Shown here in pieces: positions 7,962 to 15,355 of a stretch of DNA of 32,641 nucleotides; within the stretch, counting starts at the first letter, position 1; each line of letters starts with the position of its first letter. The position numbers and the translations under genes were made by a program. This DNA comes from Acidobacteriota bacterium. GTDB lineage: Bacteria; Acidobacteriota; Vicinamibacteria; Vicinamibacterales; CAVVIG01. The notes beneath the pieces are model-generated. The model was not told the DNA's origin and did no database searches. It saw only the letters and a program-made list of their open reading frames with translations. The stretch lies in assembly GCA_003222455.1 (NCBI GenBank), contig QHWF01000011.1, positions 1-32,641 on the forward strand, written 5' to 3'.

Positions 7962-8558
7962 TCAGCGCGCTGACTCCGGCGAGTTGCCGCTTCGCAAACC
8001 GCGAGCAGTCGTACAAGCCCCACAACACGATCGCCGCCACGGCAAGACACCAACCGATTTCTCGCGACTCGGCCGTGAAGCGACGGTGAGCCCACACAAT
8101 AGCTGGAGGACCGTCACCGTGAGAAACGCCGCCGAGTGGACGATGATAAGGTAGGCGAGCAGATTGATCGACAGTGTGACAACCAGGATCGCCCATGTCG
8201 AGCGGCAGCGGGCCCGCTCCCGCGCCAGAACAGCGATCAGCCAGGCCGTCGAAAAGCCGTACCACGCAATCAGAATCTCCTGCGGGAACCAGGGCGCGAT
8301 TCCCCGGTCGATGCTCGCCACGCCTGCCAGCGCGAGGACCGACAGCAGGTTGGAGCGCGTCAGAAAAAAAGCGAGGCGCGCGCTTCCGAATGTACCCAGC
8401 CGCCAGCCGGCCGCGCGCGCGTACCCGAGCGGGTCCATCACGATGTTCAAGGTCGGGATGGCGCCCAACAGCGCGAGCACTATGATCGCCATGGTGAACA
8501 TGTAACGTCGAGCCTGTGGAGAGTCAGCGACCATCCCAGGAACCGGGCCGGAACTCAC
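7962..8558 (-). CDS. Hypothetical multi-pass membrane protein; its N-terminus duplicates that of the SGNH/DltD-like gene; possibly the 5' part of a frameshifted pseudogene
   Basis: GTG 8558 overlaps the GT2 stop (GTGA). ADSPQARRYMFTMAIIVLALLGAIPTLNIVMDPLGYARAAGWR matches ADAPEGRRYMFAMGVAVAALLGSIPTVNIVMDPLGYARVAGWR. About 4 hydrophobic helices follow. The last ~45 codons become rich in T-ending codons, while GC3-rich signal moves to the 7834..8265 frame (SALNFASSVSFGDF versus MLNVAFYAPQSVVFGSS of the intact gene) and then to the 7358..8095 frame. Confidence 0.4.
   Translation of the reverse strand: MSSGPVPGMVADSPQARRYMFTMAIIVLALLGAIPTLNIVMDPLGYARAAGWRLGTFGSARLAFFLTRSNLLSVLALAGVASIDRGIAPWFPQEILIAWYGFSTAWLIAVLARERARCRSTWAILVVTLSINLLAYLIIVHSAAFLTVTVLQLLCGLTVASRPSREKSVGVLPWRRSCCGACTTARGLRSGNSPESAR
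8401..8531 (-). repeat. Duplicated 5' end of the SGNH/DltD-like gene (about 131 nt; partner copy at 19115..19245)
   Basis: The two DNA stretches align by eye without gaps (for example gtacccgagcgggtccatcacgatgttcaaggtcggg versus gtacccaagcgggtccatcacgatgttcacggtggg). Many of the differences are synonymous third positions. Confidence 0.75.
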
Positions 8559-9268
8559 TCGCGGCGAAGCTCCAGCCAGAGGTGCGCCATGTCGGAAATC
8601 GCGCGGCGAATGTTTTTTATGTTCGCCGAAGATGGCTGCCCGACTTCGCGAGGGTGGTAATCGACTTCGACTTCGACGACACAGAGGCCCTTCTTGTGCG
8701 CGCGGATGATGATCTCAGGCGTCACGAACGGCGTCGCGTCGGAGAGCGCCGGTTGCGTGAGAAGGACTCCCTTCTTGTAGACCTGAATGAAGTTGTAGTC
8801 GCGAAGGTGCGCCCCAAACAGAACATCCAGGAGCGTGCGGTTCGCCCATGAGACGAACCGTCGCTGAGCAGTCGTTCCCGGATACATCTTGCGAGCTGCG
8901 ACGACGATATCGGCGCGTGGAAAGTGTTCGAGGAGCAGCGGCAGATTCTCGAAATCAAAGGGGTAGTCCATGGCGTTGTGCGTGACGTACTCGTATTTCG
9001 CCAGAGCAAAACCCTTCCGCAGCACACCTCCCTGGCGGAGGTTCGTCTCGTTCTTGAGATGCGCCACTTCCGGGAACGTGCGCGCGAGCGCCGCCGCGAG
9101 CGCCGGCGTCCTGTCTTTGCTGCAGTCGTCGATGAGCAGGATCTCGAACGCCCCGACCATCCGCCGGAGTGACTCAACGGACCGGCGGATCGTTCGCTCG
9201 ATATTCCCTTCTTCGTTGTACGCGGGAAAGACGACCGAGAGACGAAGAGCGGGATAGCGCGCGGCCAC
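8555..9268 (-). CDS. Short soluble family-2 glycosyltransferase, DPM1-like (second candidate polyprenyl-phosphate sugar synthase)
   Basis: The track ORF 8555..9508 has a non-homologous extension overlapping the upstream gene. I chose GTG 9268 (VAARYPALRLSVVFPAYNEEGNIERTI...). Motifs are ILLIDDCSKDRT, the DPM1-type loop RRFVSWANRTLLDVLFGAHLRDYN and YHPREVGQPSS. The start codon choice is uncertain. Confidence 0.8.
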   Translation of the reverse strand: MAARYPALRLSVVFPAYNEEGNIERTIRRSVESLRRMVGAFEILLIDDCSKDRTPALAAALARTFPEVAHLKNETNLRQGGVLRKGFALAKYEYVTHNAMDYPFDFENLPLLLEHFPRADIVVAARKMYPGTTAQRRFVSWANRTLLDVLFGAHLRDYNFIQVYKKGVLLTQPALSDATPFVTPEIIIRAHKKGLCVVEVEVDYHPREVGQPSSANIKNIRRAISDMAHLWLELRRE

Positions 9269-9297
9269 AGAGAAGGCTTGGACTCGATCAGGTCTGG

Positions 9298-9966
9298 TTA
9301 GAGAAGGCGTTCCCAGTCGAATGTCGAATCGATCGGTCTGGCAATGCGCGCCGGAACGCCGTAGGCAAGAACGCTCGGCGGCAGATCCCTGGTCACCACC
9401 GAGCCAGCGCCAACGATTGTCCCGGCGCCAATCGTCACGCGGGGCGCAACGGTCACTCCCGCGGAGAGAAAGGCGCCGCGGCCGACCGTCACGCGGCCGG
9501 CCATGCATACGCCTGGACCCAGCGACGCGCCATCTTCAATGTGACAATCGTGCTCGACGATGCTCCCGGTATTCACGATCACATGACGGCCGACACGTGC
9601 ACCAGCGTTGACGATCGCGCCGGCAAAGACCACGGTCCCTTCTCCGACCGTTGCCGACGCGAGAATCACCGCCGACGGGTGCGTGACGCGCCCCCATGTT
9701 CGCCCCTTCCACGTGCGGGCGAACGCGAGGCGAACGTCGTTGTTGCCAATCGCCAGGATCGCCTCTCCCTCCAGATCAGCGAGCCGGGACGTCGGTCCCA
9801 CGACGCCGGCGCCAAGGATCTGTGTGCCCCGTACCGTCTCCGCATCGTCCAGGAAGCAGAACAATGCAGCCGGGATCTCCGAGCGCCACACATCGAGGAC
9901 CACGCGACCCTGTCCCCCCGCGCCGACGATGATCCGGACATCGCTTCGCGAACGGTCAGCCGTCAC
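9298..9966 (-). CDS. PglD/NeuD-type amino-sugar N-acetyltransferase (N-terminal Rossmann-like domain + LbH)
   Basis: ORF 9298..9966, 222 aa. Motifs are RIIVGAGGQGRVVLDV, then hexapeptide repeats (VGEGTVVFAGAIVNAGARVGRHVIVNTGSIVEHDCHIEDGASLGPGVCMAG...). The GTG start overlaps the upstream stop (GTGA). Confidence 0.85.
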   Translation of the reverse strand: MTADRSRSDVRIIVGAGGQGRVVLDVWRSEIPAALFCFLDDAETVRGTQILGAGVVGPTSRLADLEGEAILAIGNNDVRLAFARTWKGRTWGRVTHPSAVILASATVGEGTVVFAGAIVNAGARVGRHVIVNTGSIVEHDCHIEDGASLGPGVCMAGRVTVGRGAFLSAGVTVAPRVTIGAGTIVGAGSVVTRDLPPSVLAYGVPARIARPIDSTFDWERLL

Positions 9967-11114
9967 GGAATGACACTGCGCTTGAGCGCCTCGATCACGG
10001 CTCGCTGTTGTCCGTCGGTGAGGCCCGGAAAGATCGGGAGGAACAGCGTCTCCTTTGCTGCGAGCTCGGTCTCGGGCAGCACGAGCCCGTTCATGGTGTG
10101 TTGGAAGTACGGTTCACAATGGAGCGGTTGAATGCCGCGCCGGCACGACACGTTGCGGTCCGCCATGCGCCGCACGATGTCGTCAGCGCCAACCCTCGCG
10201 CTCGGGCGAACACGCACGCAATACGATGTGTAGGCATGCGTCGCGTACGAAGGCACGTACGGCGGCGCAATCTCGTCCACGGCGGCAAGCAGGTCGTCGT
10301 AGAGCCTCGCCTGCTCCGCTCGCTGGCCGACGATCGCGTCAAACTTCGCGAGCTGTACGAGCCCCATCGCGGCCTGCATGTCGGTCATCCGGTAGTTGTA
10401 CCCGGATTCGGCATACTCCTGGAACAGCGCGCCTTTTGCCTGATGGCGCTTCAGGTCCGAGATCGACGCTCCAGCGGACCGGAGCACGCGCGCACGGTCG
10501 GCGAACGCGGCATCGCCGGTCATCATCATTCCACCTTCGCCGGTCGTGATCAGCTTGCGCGGGTGAAAGCTGTAACAGGCCGTCACGCCGTGCCCGCCGA
10601 CGAATGTCTCCTTGTATTTCGAGCCGAGTGCCGTGGCCGCATCTTCGACGAGAATGAGATTGTGCTTCTTCGCCAGCGCCTTGAACGCGTCAAGGTTGGC
10701 CGGCAGACCAATCTGATCGACCATCATGATCGCGCGCGTTTTCTCCGTGATCCGCTCCTCGACCGATCGCGGCTCGAGGTTGTAGGTGTCCCGCTCGATG
10801 TCGGCAAACCTCGGGACGCCACCGGCGATGATGACGGCGTTCGCATTCGCCATGCATGTGAACGACGGCAGAATCACTTCGTCACCCTGCTGCAGACCGT
10901 TGACCTGCAACGCCAGGTGAAGCGCACTCGTCGCCGCGTTCGTCGCGACGCCGTGCTTCGCCCCGACAAGCGCGGACAGCTCACCCTCGAACTGAGCCAC
11001 CTTCGGCCCGGTACATATCCAGCCCGATTTCACCACGTCGCGAATCGCGTCGGCTTCTTCGTCGCCGAGCCAGGGCTTCATGAAGGGGATCTGTTCGGCG
11101 AAGAGGTCAGTCAC
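9963..11114 (-). CDS. DegT-family PLP-dependent sugar aminotransferase (tandem paralogue A)
   Basis: The track ORF 9963..11363 has an extension overlapping the upstream gene. GTG 11114 overlaps the upstream stop (ATGTGA). The protein reads VTDLFAEQIPFMKPWLGDEEADAIRDVVKSGW, ATNAATSALHLAL, with the PLP-lysine motif YSFHPRKLITTGEGG. Confidence 0.9.
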   Translation of the reverse strand: MTDLFAEQIPFMKPWLGDEEADAIRDVVKSGWICTGPKVAQFEGELSALVGAKHGVATNAATSALHLALQVNGLQQGDEVILPSFTCMANANAVIIAGGVPRFADIERDTYNLEPRSVEERITEKTRAIMMVDQIGLPANLDAFKALAKKHNLILVEDAATALGSKYKETFVGGHGVTACYSFHPRKLITTGEGGMMMTGDAAFADRARVLRSAGASISDLKRHQAKGALFQEYAESGYNYRMTDMQAAMGLVQLAKFDAIVGQRAEQARLYDDLLAAVDEIAPPYVPSYATHAYTSYCVRVRPSARVGADDIVRRMADRNVSCRRGIQPLHCEPYFQHTMNGLVLPETELAAKETLFLPIFPGLTDGQQRAVIEALKRSVIP

Positions 11115-12307
11115 ATTGCCTGCCGCTTCTCTGGCACGTGCGACACGCCCAAAAGGATCTCGAAGAGCCCGGACACGACGAGGTCGACCTGTTGGATGCT
11201 CATGTCGGGACACAGCGGCAACAACATGCACTCGTCCTGAGCAGCCTCGCTCTGCGTCAGCATGGGCCGGGACAGCGGATCGCAGCGGTACCCCGCTTCG
11301 CGATGCGCGTTCATGATTCCCCGGCGCGTCGCAATGCCGGCGTCGAGCAGCCGTTGCATGCATTGATCGCGACTCACGGGACTGTCAGGCCGCACCCGGA
11401 CGGGGAAACTCTGCCAGTTCGTGACGGCGTAGGCTGGCTGCTGCGGGAGGACGAGATACGGATGCTCTGCCAGCGCCGTCAGGTACCGGCCGGCGAGCTC
11501 GCGCCGGCTCCGGAGGATACCGGCGACTCGATTCATCTGCACGCAGCCAACAGCGGCCTGCAAATCGGTCATTCTGTAGTTGTAGCCAACCACGGGATAC
11601 TCTTCGAAGACGATCTCGCGCGCACCGTGACGCGCCACATCCGACAAGGACATGCCATGCTGCCGCAGCATGCGCAGCTTCGCATCCCACTCGGTGCTAC
11701 GGTACGTCAGCATGCCGCCGTCCCCCGTGGAGATCAGCTTGCGGGGATGAAATGAGAAGCAGGCGATGTCGCCATGAGGTTTGCCGATGCGCTCGCAGGA
11801 ACCTTCCCCCGGGTCTATCTCGCTGCCGAGTGCGCAGGCCGCGTCTTCAACGACTGGCAGGTGGTGACGTCGTGCGATGTGCAGAATGGCGTGCATATCA
11901 CAGGGCATCCCCATCTGATGCACTGGCATGATTGCGCGCGTTCGCGGTGTAATCGCGGCTTCAATGAGAGACGCGTCGATGTTGTAGGTGGCCGGGTCAA
12001 TGTCTATGAAGACCGGCTCGGCGCCGCAATAGCGCACCGCATTTGCCGTCGCAATGAACGAATGGCTGACCGTGACCACTTCATCGCCTGGCTGGACGCC
12101 AACGAGCAGCAGCGCGAGATGCAAGGCTGTCGTGCAATTCGATACAGCACAGGCGTATGGAGCCCCAACGTACGAGGCGAAGAGCCGCTCGAACTCGGCG
12201 ACTTTTGGCCCCTGAGTAATCCACCCGGAAAGGATGACGTCTCGTACAGCAGCAGCTTCTTCCTCGCCCATCGAGGGACGGGCGAATGGTACGCGCAGGT
12301 TAGTCAT
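11111..12307 (-). CDS. DegT-family PLP-dependent sugar aminotransferase (tandem paralogue B)
   Basis: ORF 11111..12307, 398 aa. Motifs are VPFARPSMGEEEAAAVRDVILSGW, SNCTTALHLAL and FSFHPRKLISTGDGG. It has a ~15-aa insertion (SEIDPGEGSCERIGKPHG) relative to paralogue A. ATG 12307 overlaps the SDR stop (ATGA). Confidence 0.9.
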   Translation of the reverse strand: MTNLRVPFARPSMGEEEAAAVRDVILSGWITQGPKVAEFERLFASYVGAPYACAVSNCTTALHLALLLVGVQPGDEVVTVSHSFIATANAVRYCGAEPVFIDIDPATYNIDASLIEAAITPRTRAIMPVHQMGMPCDMHAILHIARRHHLPVVEDAACALGSEIDPGEGSCERIGKPHGDIACFSFHPRKLISTGDGGMLTYRSTEWDAKLRMLRQHGMSLSDVARHGAREIVFEEYPVVGYNYRMTDLQAAVGCVQMNRVAGILRSRRELAGRYLTALAEHPYLVLPQQPAYAVTNWQSFPVRVRPDSPVSRDQCMQRLLDAGIATRRGIMNAHREAGYRCDPLSRPMLTQSEAAQDECMLLPLCPDMSIQQVDLVVSGLFEILLGVSHVPEKRQAM

Positions 12308-13323
12308 CTTTCGAACTCCTGAGGGATCCAGTTGGAGACCTGCTCCTCTTCCAGCAGTTCTTCAGGGCGGCGTCCGAGAGACTGATACCAGGCGATCAGG
12401 TTCTGAAGTCCGATTTCGAATGGGGTAGAAGGGCGGAAACGCAGCAGATCTGCGGCATATTCCACGTCCGCGAAGAGTCGCTGCACATCCCCTGGGCGTG
12501 GTGGAGCGTACTGAGGACGCAGGTCAGTGCGCCCGGTCAGACGCAGGACCAGTTCGGCTAAAGCGCCGATGGAAACCTCACAACCGCTCGCTAGGTTGAC
12601 GGTTTCGCCTAAGGCCGCTTCCGAGTTCGCAGCCAGTAAGATGCCGCGCGCAGTGTCTTTGACAAACGTGAAATCGCGCCGCTGCGATCCATCCCCGAAA
12701 ATGATCGGGGGGCGTCCAGCCAGCGCGCGTAAGACGAACTTCGGGATCACCTCGCCTGAATCTCCTTCGTGGTGACAGCGCGGGCCATAGGCGTTGAACG
12801 GCCGAACAATGACTATAGGAAAATCATAGGTATGGTAATAGGCTCTGGCATAGGCTTCGCCGGCCAGTTTCGACGCGCCGTAGACAGTTCGGGGAAAGGT
12901 CGTGTGGCTTTCATCCATCGGGACCCTCAAGGCCGTCCCGTAGACTTCCGAGCTCGAAACGTAGACGAACCGTGCGACGCCAGAGGCCCGGGCCGCCGCG
13001 AGAGTCCGCAACGTACCAAGGGCATTGACCTCATGGTTTTCTTTTGGTGAGTGAATGGAGTGTCGAACTCCCAGGCACGCCAAATGAAAGACCACCGCCA
13101 CACCTTTACACGCTTCGGTGAGCGCCGGACCGTCCCGGACATCTCCGGCAATCACTTGTAAAGGGTAACGGTAAAAGAGCGGCGGAAGGTTTTCCATCCT
13201 TCCATTGATGAAGTTATCCAGGACTCGCACTCGCGCGCCGGCGTTCAGCAACGCTTCAACCAGATGCGATCCAATGAATCCAGCCCCGCCCGTCACCAAT
13301 ACGAGGCGATTTGTCAATTCCAT
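12304..13323 (-). CDS. NAD-dependent sugar epimerase/dehydratase (extended SDR), compositionally atypical
   Basis: The track ORF 12304..13329 begins at a TTG. I prefer ATG 13323 (MELTNRLVLVTGGAGFIGSHLVEAL). Motifs are VYVSSSEVYG and YGASKLAGE (YxxxK). Many A/T-ending codons are present, unlike the neighbouring genes. Confidence 0.9.
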   Translation of the reverse strand: MELTNRLVLVTGGAGFIGSHLVEALLNAGARVRVLDNFINGRMENLPPLFYRYPLQVIAGDVRDGPALTEACKGVAVVFHLACLGVRHSIHSPKENHEVNALGTLRTLAAARASGVARFVYVSSSEVYGTALRVPMDESHTTFPRTVYGASKLAGEAYARAYYHTYDFPIVIVRPFNAYGPRCHHEGDSGEVIPKFVLRALAGRPPIIFGDGSQRRDFTFVKDTARGILLAANSEAALGETVNLASGCEVSIGALAELVLRLTGRTDLRPQYAPPRPGDVQRLFADVEYAADLLRFRPSTPFEIGLQNLIAWYQSLGRRPEELLEEEQVSNWIPQEFER

Positions 13324-13335
13324 GTTCAATTTTGC

Positions 13336-13834
13336 TCAGATCCGATCAAGAGCTCTATAGATGGCCTGCGCAACGTGCGAGAGTTGTCCTTCACTCAGTT
13401 CGGCATAGATTGGCAGACTCAGGCACTCTCGGGGCAAGAGCGCGCGTCCGGGACGTGATGGCGCGTTCGATTTGATTCGGGTCGATGGTGCACGTCCGCG
13501 GTTCGATGTCGACGAACACAGGACGCGCGCCGACGTACGAGATTGCCCAGGTCGTGGCGATGAATGTCATCGGGACAGTGATGACTTCGTCGCCCGGGCC
13601 GACGCCACAGGCCAGCAGCGCCAGATGCAGTGCGCCGGTGCCGGAATTCACCCCGGCACAGTGCTGCACGCCGCAGTATCTGGCAAACCCACCCTCGAAC
13701 GCCTCGACCGCGGGGCCGGAAGCAAATGCGCATCGCTCGATCACGTCCTGCATCGCCTGACGGACATCGTGTGAGATCGCCGCGTACTGGCTCTTCAAAT
13801 CCAAGAACGGGACGACGACACACGTCGTGCTCAT
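13336..13834 (-). pseudogene. DegT/WbpE-like aminotransferase with a large internal deletion (N-terminal ~135 aa joined out of frame to the last ~28 aa)
   Basis: ORF 13391..13834 reads [47 protein letters not shown]...[33 protein letters not shown]...[12 protein letters not shown] and then terminates. In the +1 frame the sequence continues [30 protein letters not shown]-stop (TGA 13338..13336), a typical DegT C-terminus. The ~200 codons in between, including the PLP lysine, are missing. Confidence 0.7.
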
Positions 13835-14312
13835 GATTCAGAACCACCGCTTTCCGAATGGTGCGGGCTGGATTGCCCGCCACGATCGTGCCGGCGGCCA
13901 CGTCACGGGTTACGACGCTTCCCGCTCCGACGATCGCGTCTTCGCCGATGGTAACGCCACAGAGTATGACCGCGCCGGACCCGATAGAGGCGCCGCGCCG
14001 GACAGCCGTCACCACGACCTGCCAATCGTCCTCGGTTTGCAGTCGCCCGTCCCTCGTGGCGCGTGGATACCGATCGTTGGTGAAGACCACATGATGCCCG
14101 ACAAAGACATCATCCTCGATGGAAACCCCCTCGCAAATGAATGACTGGCTCGAGGTCTTGCAGTTGCGCCCAATCCGCGCCCCCTTTTGAATTTCGACGA
14201 AGGTGCCGATCTTGGTGCCGTCGCCCAGCTCGCAGCCATAGAGATTGACAAAGTCGTAGATGGTGACGTTCTGCCCGCGCTTGACGTCAGTGCGATGCGT
14301 TGGAACGTCGCG
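13830..14312 (-). pseudogene. WbpD-like LbH N-acetyltransferase lacking both a usable start and its stop
   Basis: My translation gives TDVKRGQNVTIYDFVNLYGCELGDGTKIGTFVEIQKGARIGRNCKTSSQSFICEGVSIEDDVFVGHHVVFTNDRYPRAT...GASIGSGAVILCGVTIGEDAIVGAGSVVTRDVAAGTIVAGNPARTIRK. This frame has no ATG/GTG/TTG between the upstream in-frame TGA (14315..14313) and GTG 14090. The ATG directly after the oxidoreductase stop is in a different frame and ends after 9 codons. At the 3' end the frame has no stop and runs 140 low-GC3 codons through the DegT remnant to 13419. Confidence 0.55.
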
Positions 14313-14316
14313 TCAT

Positions 14317-15333
14317 TCACAGCGCCACTCGCTTTCCGCCGGCCTTGATGCTCATCTGGGCCGCCTCCAGAATCCTCACCACGCGAAGCCCGGCCTTGCC
14401 GTCGGTCATCGGCTTCTCACCACGCTCGATGCAATCGAGGAAGTGCCTGACCTCCACCGTCAGGGCTTCTGTCCCGTCCAGCGCCGGGGCCCACATATCG
14501 CCACTGCGATAGCCCACCTGCAGCTTGTAGATCCCCTCGCGATTGTCCGCCTTGACCTCGATGCCCTTGTCGTAAATCCGGAGCTTCTCCGACGGTTCGA
14601 TGTCGTTGAAGATGACCATGCGTTCGCTACCGCCAAGGAACATCTGGCGCACCTTGACCGGGCTGAGCCAGTTGACGTGAAAGTGCGCAATCAGCTCGTT
14701 GTCGAAGTCGAGATGCAGGTACGCCACGTCCTCGGTGCCGTTGCCGGTATGAGAGGCACCAGTCGCCTGCACCGTGACCGGATCCTTGCCCAGCAGATGG
14801 GTCACGATCGAGAGATCGTGCGGAGCCAGATCCCACACAACGTTGACGTCGCGCTGGAACAGCCCGAGGTTGATGCGCACGCTGTCGACGTACCAGAGCG
14901 TGCCAAACAAGCCCTCTTCGCACAGCTTCTTGAGGTGGCGGACCGCGCCCGTATACACGAACGTGTGGTCGACCATCAGGATCCGGTCGTGCCGCTCCGC
15001 CTGTTCGACCAGATCCTCGGCCAGCGTCACTTGATCGGCGAGCGGTTTCTCGACCAGCACGTGTTTTCCCGACTGGAGGGCCAACCGCGCCAGACGATGA
15101 TGCGTGCGCACCGGCGTCGCAACAACGATCGCATGGACACCCTGATCCGACAGAACGTCCTCGTAGCGCGTGGTCGTACGCACGGAAGGGTAGCGCAACC
15201 GCAGGCTCTCCAGTTTCCCCTCGTCCAGATCGCAGATCCACCGGACCTGCGCGCGCGGCTCGGCGGCAAAGTTGCGCAACAGGTTCGGCCCCCAGTATCC
15301 GCAGCCCACGACGGCGACACCGATCGGCGACAT
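14317..15333 (-). CDS. Gfo/Idh/MocA-family NAD-dependent sugar oxidoreductase (WbpB-like)
   Basis: ORF 14317..15333, 338 aa. Motifs are IGVAVVGCGYWGPNLLRN (Rossmann), HVLVEKPLA (the EKP motif of the family) and VDHTFVY. A strong SD sequence precedes the ATG. Confidence 0.9.
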   Translation of the reverse strand: MSPIGVAVVGCGYWGPNLLRNFAAEPRAQVRWICDLDEGKLESLRLRYPSVRTTTRYEDVLSDQGVHAIVVATPVRTHHRLARLALQSGKHVLVEKPLADQVTLAEDLVEQAERHDRILMVDHTFVYTGAVRHLKKLCEEGLFGTLWYVDSVRINLGLFQRDVNVVWDLAPHDLSIVTHLLGKDPVTVQATGASHTGNGTEDVAYLHLDFDNELIAHFHVNWLSPVKVRQMFLGGSERMVIFNDIEPSEKLRIYDKGIEVKADNREGIYKLQVGYRSGDMWAPALDGTEALTVEVRHFLDCIERGEKPMTDGKAGLRVVRILEAAQMSIKAGGKRVAL

Positions 15334-15336
15334 CCG

Positions 15337-15346
15337 TTTCCTCCTC
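15337..15346 (-). promoter_or_regulatory. Shine-Dalgarno GAGGAGGAAA for the oxidoreductase gene
   Basis: The minus strand reads TGAGTCCGGGCTGAGGAGGAAACGGATG. The element lies in the 22-nt gap after the 841-aa gene stop, with 3-nt spacing to ATG 15333 measured from the end of the purine run. Confidence 0.6.
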
Positions 15347-15355
15347 AGCCCGGAC

